Source of the DNA: Enterococcus saigonensis
GTDB taxonomy: Bacteria; Bacillota; Bacilli; Lactobacillales; Enterococcaceae
Length of the DNA: 32,000 nucleotides
Assembly: GCF_011397115.1 (NCBI RefSeq)
Contig: NZ_AP022823.1
Coordinates: 1-32,000, forward strand
Direction: 5' to 3'
Shown here one piece after another: positions 9,151-16,671 of the stretch (within the stretch, counting starts at the first letter, position 1; each line of letters opens with the position of its first letter). The notes beneath the pieces were generated by a model. The model saw nothing but the letters and a program-made list of their open reading frames with translations, searched no databases and was not told where the DNA came from. A program made the translations under genes and the position numbers.

Positions 9151-10062
9151 ATGAAGAAGTTGTTTTTTTTATTGTTATTGTTATTCTTAATATACTTAGG
9201 TTATGACTACGTTAATGAAGCACTGTTTTCTCAGGAAAAAGTCGAATTTCAAAATTATGATCAAAATCCCAAAGAACATTTAGAAAATAGTGGGACTTCT
9301 GAAAATACCCAAGAGAAAACAATTACAGAAGAACAGGTTTATCAAGGAAATCTGCTATTAATCAATAGTAAATATCCTCTTCGCCAAGAAAGTGTGAAGT
9401 CAGATATCGTGAATTTATCTAAACATGACGAATTAATAAATGGATACGGGTTGCTTGATAGTAATATTTATATGTCAAAAGAAATAGCACAAAAATTTTC
9501 AGAGATGGTCAATGATGCTGTAAAGGGTGGCGTTAGTCATTTTATTATTAATAGTGGCTATCGAGACTTTGATGAGCAAAGTGTGCTTTACCAAGAAATG
9601 GGGGCTGAGTATGCCTTACCAGCAGGTTATAGTGAGCATAATTCAGGTTTATCACTAGATGTAGGATCAAGCTTGACGAAAATGGAACGAGCCCCTGAAG
9701 GAAAGTGGATAGAAGAAAATGCTTGGAAATACGGGTTCATTTTACGTTATCCAGAGGACAAAACAGAGTTAACAGGAATTCAATATGAACCATGGCATAT
9801 TCGCTATGTTGGTTTACCACATAGTGCGATTATGAAAGAAAAGAATTTCGTTCTCGAGGAATATATGGATTACCTAAAAGAAGAAAAAACCATTTCTGTT
9901 AGTGTAAATGGGGAAAAATATGAGATCTTTTATTATCCTGTTACTAAAAATACCACCATTCATGTGCCGACTAATCTTCGTTATGAGATATCAGGAAACA
10001 ATATAGACGGTGTAATTGTGACAGTGTTTCCCGGATCAACACATACTAATTCAAGGAGGTAA
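9151..10062 (+). CDS. vanY: VanY D,D-carboxypeptidase, 303 aa
   Basis: N-terminal membrane anchor MKKLFFLLLLLFLIYL; motifs SGYRD and SEHNSGLSLD; AAGGAGGAG RBS. Confidence 0.96.
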   Translation: MKKLFFLLLLLFLIYLGYDYVNEALFSQEKVEFQNYDQNPKEHLENSGTSENTQEKTITEEQVYQGNLLLINSKYPLRQESVKSDIVNLSKHDELINGYGLLDSNIYMSKEIAQKFSEMVNDAVKGGVSHFIINSGYRDFDEQSVLYQEMGAEYALPAGYSEHNSGLSLDVGSSLTKMERAPEGKWIEENAWKYGFILRYPEDKTELTGIQYEPWHIRYVGLPHSAIMKEKNFVLEEYMDYLKEEKTISVSVNGEKYEIFYYPVTKNTTIHVPTNLRYEISGNNIDGVIVTVFPGSTHTNSRR

Positions 10063-10214
10063 GGATGGCGGAATGAAACCAACGAAATTAATGAACAGCA
10101 TTATTGTACTAGCACTTTTGGGGTAACGTTAGCTTTTTAATTTAAAACCCACGTTAACTAGGACATTGCTATACTAATGATACAACTTAAACAAAAGAAT
10201 TAGAGGAAATTATA

Positions 10215-10700
10215 TTGGGAAAAATATTATCTAGAGGATTGCTAGCTTTATATTTAGTGACACTAATCTGGTTAGTGTTATTCAAATTACAATACAATAT
10301 TTTATCAGTATTTAATTATCATCAAAGAAGTCTTAACTTGACTCCATTTACTGCTACTGGGAATTTCAGAGAGATGATAGATAATGTTATAATCTTTATT
10401 CCATTTGGCTTGCTTTTGAATGTCAATTTTAAAGAAATCGGATTTTTACCTAAGTTTGCTTTTGTACTGGTTTTAAGTCTTACTTTTGAAATAATTCAAT
10501 TTATCTTCGCTATTGGAGCGACAGACATAACAGATGTAATTACAAATACTGTTGGAGGCTTTCTTGGACTGAAATTATATGGTTTAAGCAATAAGCATAT
10601 GAATCAAAAAAAATTAGACAGAGTTATTATTTTTGTAGGTATACTTTTGCTCGTATTATTGCTCGTTTACCGTACCCATTTAAGAATAAATTACGTGTAA
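10215..10700 (+). CDS. vanZ: VanZ (teicoplanin-resistance associated membrane protein), 161 aa, TTG start
   Basis: MGKILSRGLLALYLVTLIWLVLFKLQ...; multi-TM protein occupying the last gene position before IR-R, as in Tn1546. Confidence 0.95.
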   Translation: MGKILSRGLLALYLVTLIWLVLFKLQYNILSVFNYHQRSLNLTPFTATGNFREMIDNVIIFIPFGLLLNVNFKEIGFLPKFAFVLVLSLTFEIIQFIFAIGATDITDVITNTVGGFLGLKLYGLSNKHMNQKKLDRVIIFVGILLLVLLLVYRTHLRINYV

Positions 10701-10912
10701 GATGTCTAAATCAAGCAATCTGATCTTTCATACACATAAAGATATTGAATGAATTGGATTAGATGGAAAACGGGATGTGGGGAAACTCGCCCGTAGGTGT
10801 GAAGTGAGGGGAAAACCGGTGATAAAGTAAAAAGCTTACCTAACACTATAGTAACAAAGAAAGCCCAATTATCAATTTTAGTGCTGAGGAATTGGTCTCT
10901 TTAATAAATTTC

Positions 10913-10950
10913 CTTAACGTTGTAAATCCGCATTTTCCTGACGGTACCCC
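10913..10950. repeat. Tn1546 right terminal inverted repeat (38 bp)
   Basis: CTTAACGTTGTAAATCCGCATTTTCCTGACGGTACCCC; its reverse complement matches IR-L at 36/38 positions. Confidence 0.95.
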
Positions 10951-10955
10951 TGCTT
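10951..10955. repeat. Right copy of the 5-bp target-site duplication (TGCTT)
   Basis: Identical to 98-102 and directly abuts IR-R. Confidence 0.9.
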
Positions 10956-11508
10956 GTAAAGGGATCATAACGTAATCACTCGCCACGATTGCATTATTTG
11001 TATAAACGCTTGGCGTTGGTACAGTATCAATAATAATGAGATCATAGTCACTTTTTAAAGGTGCTAAAAGAGTAGCAAGCAATCTACTTTCATTTTCAAA
11101 AGTCCATGAGCGAGTTAATTTTGGCAGTAACATCAAATCAAACGTGCCAGGGATCAAGTCTAAATTATCAGTCAAATGAACAATAGAAGAAGCCAAGTTT
11201 CCATTTTTCAAGCCTTCATAAAAATTGACACGTGGCAATTCTACCTCAAAAGTTTTTGCTAAGTCTTTTGTCAATGTTGCCTGTAAGTCCTTATCGATCA
11301 TTAAAACTTTTAAATTCAATTTGTCTGTCAAGTAAGCAAACATAGTCGATAATTTGGACTTTCCAACACCACCTTTAAAGTAATTATTCAAGATAATAAT
11401 TGCTTCATTTTTATTGTTTAAAATACGTCTTAATTCTTCAAGTATTTTTAGTTTTTCCTTCTCCATAACTACGCCCCATTCTTTTTTTGTATAGTAATAT
11501 TGTATCAT
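10951..11508 (-). pseudogene. 5' portion of the Inc18 delta (ParA-type partition ATPase) gene, truncated by Tn1546
   Basis: MIQYYYTKKEWGVVMEKEKLKILEEL...NNYFKGGVGKSKL (deviant Walker A) ...IIIDTVPTPS...VMIPLQA. The track ORF (10846-11508) then reads 34 further codons into IR-R of Tn1546. Confidence 0.88.
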
Positions 11509-11512
11509 TAAG

Positions 11513-11575
11513 AATCACAAATCACAAGTGATTTGTGATTAATCACTTGTGATTTGTGATAAGTGATTTGTGATT
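11513..11575. promoter_or_regulatory. Nine contiguous (A/T)ATCAC(A/T) heptads: omega-repressor operator / parS-type site of the delta promoter
   Basis: AATCACA AATCACA AGTGATT TGTGATT AATCACT TGTGATT TGTGATA AGTGATT TGTGATT, immediately upstream of delta. This matches the heptad architecture described for pSM19035. Confidence 0.85.
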
Positions 11576-11582
11576 AATATAT

Positions 11583-11606
11583 AAAAGCCCTCTTTAAAGG
11601 GCTTTT
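11583..11606 (-). terminator. Stem-loop AAAAGCCC...GGGCTTTT (bidirectional-looking terminator), copy A
   Basis: GC-rich stem flanked by an A-run and a T-run; identical to 13394-13417, which follows the intact topoisomerase gene. Confidence 0.7.
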
Positions 11607-11610
11607 ATGT

Positions 11611-11870
11611 TTATTTTGAAAAAGAGATAAAATCAATATATCCCTTTTCCCCAATTTTTACAACGGCATTGTAGGGCTTTTTCTCTTTGTTTTTGATTCC
11701 TTTTACCAGGGTTTCTTTTCCCTCCAGTAATTCTTTTACATTCGTTTTGGTTAGTTTTTTCTTTCTAAAATGTTCAGCTAAAGTAAACTTACATTCAGGA
11801 TAATTTGAACAACCATAAAACGATTTTTTTAATACAATATTGTTGCCACACTTAGGACATTTTCCTACAA
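11611..11870 (-). pseudogene. Duplicated 3' fragment (last ~86 codons) of the topoisomerase gene, cut at a Tn917-type IR
   Basis: Near-identical to 13422-13681 (I see 2 synonymous differences). It encodes ...CPKCGNNIVLKKSFYGCSNYPECKF...YIDFISFSK, and similarity stops exactly at 11870/11871. Confidence 0.85.
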
Positions 11871-11939
11871 GGGGTCCCGAGCGCTTAGTGGGAATTTGTA
11901 CCCCTTATCGATACAAATTCCCCGTAGGCGCTAGGGACC
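11871..11939. repeat. Two Tn917/Tn551-type (Tn3-family) terminal-IR sequences in head-to-head arrangement
   Basis: GGGGTCCCGAGCGCTTAGTGGGAATTTGTA (11871-11900) faces CCTTATCGATACAAATTCCCCGTAGGCGCTAGGGACC (11903-11939), whose reverse complement is GGTCCCTAGCGCCTACGGGGAATTTGTATCGATAAGG. Both resemble the Tn917 IR as I recall it. Confidence 0.6.
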
Positions 11940-12096
11940 TCTTTAGCTTCTTGGAAGCTGTCAGTAGTATATCTAATAATTTATCTCCATTCCCTTTAGT
12001 AACGTGTAACTTTCCAAATTTAAAAAAGCGACTCATAGAATTATTTCCTCCCGTTAAATAATAGATAACTATTAAAAATAGACAATACTTGCTCAT
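11905..12096 (-). CDS. Small ORF downstream of, and overlapping, the ermB 3' end (ORF3-like of the Tn917 erm module); function unknown, possibly not expressed
   Basis: 63-codon [13 protein letters not shown]...[21 protein letters not shown]... that runs into the IR relic. I saw no convincing RBS. Confidence 0.25.
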   Translation of the reverse strand: MSKYCLFLIVIYYLTGGNNSMSRFFKFGKLHVTKGNGDKLLDILLTASKKLKRSLAPTGNLYR

Positions 12097-12778
12097 AAGT
12101 AATGGTACTTAAATTGTTTACTTTGGCGTGTTTCATTGCTTGATGAAACTGATTTTTAGTAAACAGTTGACGATATTCTCGATTGACCCATTTTGAAACA
12201 AAGTACGTATATAGCTTCCAATATTTATCTGGAACATCTGTGGTATGGCGGGTAAGTTTTATTAAGACACTGTTTACTTTTGGTTTAGGATGAAAGCATT
12301 CCGCTGGCAGCTTAAGCAATTGCTGAATCGAGACTTGAGTGTGCAAGAGCAACCCTAGTGTTCGGTGAATATCCAAGGTACGCTTGTAGAATCCTTCTTC
12401 AACAATCAGATAGATGTCAGACGCACGGCTTTCAAAAACCACTTTTTTAATAATTTGTGTGCTTAAATGGTAAGGAATATTCCCAACAATTTTATACCTC
12501 TGTTTGTTAGGGAATTGAAACTGTAGAATATCTTGGTGAATTAAAGTGACACGAGTATTCAGTTTTAATTTTTCTGACGATAAGTTGAATAGATGACTGT
12601 CTAATTCAATAGACGTTACCTGTTTACTTATTTTAGCCAGTTTCGTCGTTAAATGCCCTTTACCTGTTCCAATTTCGTAAACGGTATCGGTTTCTTTTAA
12701 ATTCAATTGTTTTATTATTTGGTTGAGTACTTTTTCACTCGTTAAAAAGTTTTGAGAATATTTTATATTTTTGTTCAT
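12041..12778 (-). CDS. ermB: ErmB 23S rRNA (adenine-N6)-dimethyltransferase (MLSB resistance), 245 aa
   Basis: [44 protein letters not shown]...; SAM-binding motif EIGTGKG and catalytic motif NIPY. Confidence 0.97.
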   Translation of the reverse strand: MNKNIKYSQNFLTSEKVLNQIIKQLNLKETDTVYEIGTGKGHLTTKLAKISKQVTSIELDSHLFNLSSEKLKLNTRVTLIHQDILQFQFPNKQRYKIVGNIPYHLSTQIIKKVVFESRASDIYLIVEEGFYKRTLDIHRTLGLLLHTQVSIQQLLKLPAECFHPKPKVNSVLIKLTRHTTDVPDKYWKLYTYFVSKWVNREYRQLFTKNQFHQAMKHAKVNNLSTITYEQVLSIFNSYLLFNGRK

Positions 12779-12902
12779 GTAATCTCTCCTGAAGTGATTA
12801 CATCTATAAACAAATACAGAAGTTAAACGATTTGTTTGTAATTTTAGTTATCTGTTTAAAAAGTCATAAGATTAGTCACTGGTAGGAATTAATCTAACGT
12901 AT

Positions 12903-12986
12903 TTATTTATCTGCGTAATCACTGTTTTTAGTCTGTTTCAAAACAGTAGATGTTTTATCTACATTACGCATTTGGAATACCAACAT
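12903..12986 (-). CDS. ermBL: ermB leader peptide (27 aa) of the translational attenuator
   Basis: The minus strand reads AAGGAGGGATTCGTC-ATG and encodes MLVFQMRNVDKTSTVLKQTKNSDYADK-TAA. It is followed by a ~120-nt structured leader before the ermB ATG. Confidence 0.85.
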   Translation of the reverse strand: MLVFQMRNVDKTSTVLKQTKNSDYADK

Positions 12987-13034
12987 GACGAATCCCTCCT
13001 TCTTAATTACAAATTTTTAGCATCTAATTTAACT

Positions 13035-13274
13035 TCAATTCCTATTATACAAAATTTTAAGATAATGCACTATCAACACACTCTTAAGTTTGCTTCTAAG
13101 TCTTATTTCCATAACTTCTTTTACGTTTCCGCCATTCTTTGCTGTTTCGATTTTTATGATATGGTGCAAGTCAGCACGAACACGAACCGTCTTATCTCCC
13201 ATTATATCTTTTTTTGCACTGATTGGTGTATCATTTCGTTTTTCTTTTTGTGCGCCTAAATTTCCCACAATCAC
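13035..13274 (-). pseudogene. omega (ribbon-helix-helix global regulator of Inc18 plasmids) with its C-terminus replaced; GTG start
   Basis: MIVGNLGAQKEKRNDTPISAKKDIMGDKTVRVRADLHHIIKIETAKNGGNVKEVM matches omega through residue ~55. It then diverges (EIRLRSKLKSVLIVHYLKILYNRN) where the sequence becomes the ermB upstream region. Confidence 0.75.
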
Positions 13275-13316
13275 TCACTTCTTTCTATTTCTTCTTATTC
13301 TTATTTTATCATCAAC

Positions 13317-13386
13317 AATCACAAATCACTTGTGATTTGTGATAAGTGATTTGTGATAAGTGATTTGTGATAAGTGATTTGTGATT
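13317..13386. promoter_or_regulatory. Ten contiguous (A/T)ATCAC(A/T) heptads: omega operator upstream of omega'
   Basis: AATCACA AATCACT TGTGATT TGTGATA AGTGATT TGTGATA AGTGATT TGTGATA AGTGATT TGTGATT. It carries two more AAGTGATTTGTGAT units than array A. Confidence 0.85.
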
Positions 13387-13393
13387 AATATAT

Positions 13394-13417
13394 AAAAGCC
13401 CTCTTTAAAGGGCTTTT
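13394..13417 (-). terminator. Terminator stem-loop after the topoisomerase gene, copy B
   Basis: AAAAGCCCTCTTTAAAGGGCTTTT, 5 nt downstream of the topoisomerase stop codon. Confidence 0.75.
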
Positions 13418-13421
13418 ATGT

Positions 13422-15566
13422 TTATTTTGAGAAAGATATAAAATCAATATATCCCTTTTCCCCAATTTTTACAACGGCATTGTAGGGCTTTTTCTCTTTG
13501 TTTTTGATTCCTTTTACCAGGGTTTCTTTTCCCTCCAGTAATTCTTTTACATTCGTTTTGGTTAGTTTTTTCTTTCTAAAATGTTCAGCTAAAGTAAACT
13601 TACATTCAGGATAATTTGAACAACCATAAAACGATTTTTTTAATACAATATTGTTGCCACACTTAGGACATTTTCCTACAATACTTTTTTCTGCTTCTTT
13701 TTCTTTCTGTTCCTGGTAATCAGAAAAATTTAGTTTTTCTATATCGTTAGGTACAGCTTCCAGTAAATGAACAATGAATTTTTTGATATTCGTAATAAAG
13801 TTCTCTTGATTGCCTTCTCTTTTACCGATTTTTTTTAAATACGTTTCCCATTTAGCCGTCATTTCAGCACTCGTTAAAAGGTGCTGACTTTCAACTGCCT
13901 GGCACAATAATTTTCCTTTTTCAGTTACAACAAGCTTATTCTTAATCACATGGATATATTCTTTTTGTTTTAACGCTTCAATAATGCTTGCTCTTGTCGC
14001 TTCTGTTCCAATCCCCTCAACTTCTTGTAAAATCTTGATTGCTTCTTCATCATCAACCGTTTTATTCGCCGTTTTCATAGCAGTTAATAATGTACCCTCT
14101 GTAAAAGCTTTTGGCGGTTGCGTTTCTTTTTCAACACTCTTAACACCAACTTCGGCACGTTCGCCAATGATAACGAGTGGTAACGTTTGAACGTCCTCTT
14201 TTTCTTCTTTGGTTTGTTGTTTGAAAAGAATTTTCCACCCTTCTTGCTTTGGTGTCTTTCCGATCGATTGAAACAGCAAATCAGCTACTTTCGTTTGTAT
14301 CTTGGTTTCTTCATACAAGTAATCAGGTAAAAACATGGCAACGGTCGTTTTAACGACTAAAGCATAAATTTTTCGTTGTAAATCGTCCATTTTCGCTAAT
14401 GCAGATTCGGTAGGTACTTGTTTTGTTGGGATAATGGCGTGGTGTTCCTGTACCTTACTACCGTCCACATAACGCTTTCTAGGCTCTGTTTGAACCATTT
14501 CAAGATCAAGTCCTAAAAAACCGCTATATTTGCCAAAATTCGCTTTTAAATAAGCAAATTCGTTCTCTGTAATAAATGGTGTATCTGTTCTTGGATAACT
14601 CAATAATTTTGCTTCATACAGTCCTTGCATAGCTTTTAAAGTTTGGCTCGCTGTCGCTTTATAAAGCTGATTGACTTTTGATTGCAAACTACTTAAAGAA
14701 AACAAACTCGGACTATTCGTTTTCTTCTCTTTGGTTTGAACATCAGCAATTATCCCCTCTTGATTGCCTATTTTAGCTTGTTTAGAAGAAACAAAAGCTA
14801 AAAGCTCCTCTTGGGTTTTAAAACGCTGTGTGGGGCTTAGAACGCCCTTAAACGACCCTTGGTTTACTTTTATACTAGCTTCCACCTCGAAAAAAGGTTC
14901 TTTTTTAAAATTCTCTATGGCTTCCTGGCGCTGAAAAATAAGGTATAAGGTGGGCGTTTGAACACGTCCTAGTGAAAATGTACCTTGTACGCCCTTCTGT
15001 TGTAAATTTAACGTATACAAAGGGCTTGCGTTCATGCCGATCAACCAATCGGCAATTTGGCGTGTTTGCGCTTCTTGATAAAAGGGATAGTAATTCATTC
15101 CAGGTTGCAAATTTTGAAAACCGCTTCGGATTACATCTTTTTCTAAGCTATTGATCCATAGTCTTTTAAATGTTTTATCTTTTGAAAAGGCATTTGCTTT
15201 ATGGATAATCGACCAGGCGATATTTTCACCTTCTCTGTCGCTATCTGTTGCAACAATAATTGTATTTGCCTTTTTGAGAAGTTCTGCAACAATTTTAAAC
15301 TGCTTTCCCTTATCTTTTGCAACTTCAAAATCGTATCGATCAGGAAAAATCGGCAAAGATTCAAGTTTCCAATTTTGCCACTTTTCGTCATAATGACCTG
15401 GTTCTGCTAATTCCACTAAATGCCCAAAACCAAAGGTGATAAACGTTTCATCTGTAAATAGTGGGTCTTTGATCTCAAAATAACCGTCTTTTTTGGTGCT
15501 TTGTTTTAAAGAACTTGCGTAGGCTAATGCCTGGCTTGGTTTTTCAGCTAAAATAACCGTACTCAT
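13422..15566 (-). CDS. Type IA DNA topoisomerase (Inc18 gamma / TopB-like), 714 aa
   Basis: TOPRIM N-terminus MSTVILAEKPSQ and DSDREGE; active-site region LSYPRTDT; C-terminal zinc ribbon CPKCG...CSNYPEC. Confidence 0.9.
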   Translation of the reverse strand: MSTVILAEKPSQALAYASSLKQSTKKDGYFEIKDPLFTDETFITFGFGHLVELAEPGHYDEKWQNWKLESLPIFPDRYDFEVAKDKGKQFKIVAELLKKANTIIVATDSDREGENIAWSIIHKANAFSKDKTFKRLWINSLEKDVIRSGFQNLQPGMNYYPFYQEAQTRQIADWLIGMNASPLYTLNLQQKGVQGTFSLGRVQTPTLYLIFQRQEAIENFKKEPFFEVEASIKVNQGSFKGVLSPTQRFKTQEELLAFVSSKQAKIGNQEGIIADVQTKEKKTNSPSLFSLSSLQSKVNQLYKATASQTLKAMQGLYEAKLLSYPRTDTPFITENEFAYLKANFGKYSGFLGLDLEMVQTEPRKRYVDGSKVQEHHAIIPTKQVPTESALAKMDDLQRKIYALVVKTTVAMFLPDYLYEETKIQTKVADLLFQSIGKTPKQEGWKILFKQQTKEEKEDVQTLPLVIIGERAEVGVKSVEKETQPPKAFTEGTLLTAMKTANKTVDDEEAIKILQEVEGIGTEATRASIIEALKQKEYIHVIKNKLVVTEKGKLLCQAVESQHLLTSAEMTAKWETYLKKIGKREGNQENFITNIKKFIVHLLEAVPNDIEKLNFSDYQEQKEKEAEKSIVGKCPKCGNNIVLKKSFYGCSNYPECKFTLAEHFRKKKLTKTNVKELLEGKETLVKGIKNKEKKPYNAVVKIGEKGYIDFISFSK

Positions 15567-16183
15567 TAACTATCCCTCTTTTCATTGTTTTTTCTTTGAT
15601 CGACTGTCACGTTATATCTTGCTCGATACCTTCTAAACGTTCGGCGATTGATTCCAGTTTGTTCTTCAACTTCTTTATCGGATAAACCATTCAAAAACAA
15701 ATCGAAAGCATGCTTTAAACGTGGATCATTTTCTTTAAATTTATGCTGACGACCTTTGAATTTGCCTTTTTTCTTAGCAATTTCGATTCCTTGTGCCTGA
15801 CGTTCCTTAATTTTTTTTCGTTCTGATTCTGCTTGATACTTGTACAATTCAATGACAAGGCTATTAATCAAACGCCTTAAATTTTCATCTTCAATCCCAT
15901 TCATTGAGGGTAAATTTAAGACTTCCAGGGTTGCCCCCTTAATTTGAATTTGATTCATCAATTCTGTTAATTCTTTATTATTTCGTCCTAATCGATCTAA
16001 TTCAGTAACAATAACAATATCCCCTTCACGAATATAGTTAAGCATAGCTTGTAATTGTGGGCGTTCGACCGATTGACCGCTTAATTTGTCTGAAAAGACC
16101 TTAGAAACGCCCTGTAACGCTTGTAATTGCCGATCTAAGTTCTGTTCTTTGCTACTGACACGTGCATAACCAATTTTAGCCAT
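15566..16183 (-). CDS. beta serine recombinase/resolvase-invertase of Inc18 plasmids, 205 aa
   Basis: MAKIGYARVSSKEQNLDRQ... with the catalytic Ser and a C-terminal HTH. The AGAGG RBS favours the ATG at 16183 over the track start at 16231. The stop overlaps the topoisomerase ATG (TAATG). Confidence 0.9.
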   Translation of the reverse strand: MAKIGYARVSSKEQNLDRQLQALQGVSKVFSDKLSGQSVERPQLQAMLNYIREGDIVIVTELDRLGRNNKELTELMNQIQIKGATLEVLNLPSMNGIEDENLRRLINSLVIELYKYQAESERKKIKERQAQGIEIAKKKGKFKGRQHKFKENDPRLKHAFDLFLNGLSDKEVEEQTGINRRTFRRYRARYNVTVDQRKNNEKRDS

Positions 16184-16196
16184 TTTCAACCAACCT

Positions 16197-16367
16197 CTAA
16201 AATTCTCTCGGTTGCAATAACCAATCAGCAATATCTACTTTTTCAATTTCAAATTGCTTATCAGAAATTGTCTTTTCGTAAGCGATAAAATCTTGCGCAT
16301 ATTGTTGCTCATTAAAAATAGCCACCACTTCGTCATTTTCTAAAACTCGATAAATAAATTTTTTCAT
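16197..16367 (-). CDS. Small hypothetical protein (56 aa), first gene of the beta-topoisomerase operon
   Basis: Not in the ORF track (<60 aa). GGAGGAGTAAA-ATG encodes MKKFIYRVLENDEVVAIFNEQQYAQDFIAYEKTISDKQFEIEKVDIADWLLQPREF. Its stop lies 13 nt before the beta ATG. Confidence 0.55.
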   Translation of the reverse strand: MKKFIYRVLENDEVVAIFNEQQYAQDFIAYEKTISDKQFEIEKVDIADWLLQPREF

Positions 16368-16415
16368 TTTACTCCTCCTATTATGCCCAACTTAAATGAC
16401 CTATTCACCAAGTCA

Positions 16416-16444
16416 ATTATACTGCTAAAATCATATTAGGACAA
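16416..16444 (-). promoter_or_regulatory. Candidate sigma-A promoter of the small-ORF/beta/topoisomerase operon, overlapping an inverted repeat (candidate six/res subsite)
   Basis: The minus strand reads TTGTCC-17 nt-TATAAT. The -35 lies inside TAGGACA-N14-TGTCCTA (16437-16464). Confidence 0.4.
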
Positions 16445-16474
16445 ATAGGTATACTTTAATGTCCTATATAAAAT

Positions 16475-16609
16475 AAAAGTTCAAAAGGTAAGTGTGTGCT
16501 TCGCTCCCACTGCCCATCGACGTTTTAGTAGCCTTTCCCTCACTTCGTTCAGTCCAAGCTAACTAAAAATTTTCGGGCTACTCTCTCCTTTGCCCTAAAA
16601 AAATAAATC
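16475..16609. repeat. 135-bp repeat, copy R1 (unidentified element)
   Basis: Aligns by eye to 16997-17130 at roughly 85-90% identity with two or three 1-nt indels. No ORF on either strand. Confidence 0.8.
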
Positions 16610-16671
16610 AAAACGCAGTCTTTTAATATCTTCTAGTTAATCAAACGAAAAACAAGAACGAAAAACAAAGG

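Larger units (their letters stand above)
103..10950 (+). mobile_element. Tn1546 (Tn3-family VanA glycopeptide-resistance transposon), complete from IR to IR, with no IS insertions
   Basis: The terminal 38-bp IRs start GGGGTAGCGTCAGGAAAATGCGG. The gene order is tnpA(-), tnpR, vanR, vanS, vanH, vanA, vanX, vanY, vanZ, and the proteins match my memory of the BM4147 element. The IR-to-IR span is 10,848 bp. Confidence 0.97.

Noticed and set aside
103-10950. I looked for the IS1216V, IS1251, IS1542 or IS1476 insertions and the left-end deletions common in Tn1546 variants. I also checked the vanX G8234T marker.
   Set aside because: All intergenic spacers have prototype-like lengths: gene starts are offset by a constant 99 nt from the M97297 coordinates as I remember them. 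The vanX codon 73 is AAG (8331-8333), the prototype G. So there is no structural variant beyond the tnpA indels and the vanS substitutions.
10846-11508. Track ORF of 220 aa as an intact ParA-like protein.
   Set aside because: Its last 34 codons are a read-through into the Tn1546 right IR. The authentic continuation of the gene is at 97..1.
11513-11575. The short tandem repeats here and at 13317-13386 might be a CRISPR array or a minisatellite.
   Set aside because: The units are contiguous 7-mers in mixed orientation with no spacers. They match the (A/T)ATCAC(A/T) omega-operator heptads of Inc18 plasmids and sit directly upstream of delta and omega.
11840-13335. Plus-strand ORFs 11840-12061, 12972-13259 and 13090-13335.
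   Set aside because: They run antisense to the IR relic/ermB tail, the ermB leader and omega' respectively, with no RBS and low-complexity products.
13984-15410. ORFs inside or antisense to the topoisomerase gene: 13984-14190, 14972-15154, 15143-15391, 15151-15393, 15201-15410.
   Set aside because: They are embedded in a 714-aa gene with clear type IA topoisomerase motifs and show no independent signals.
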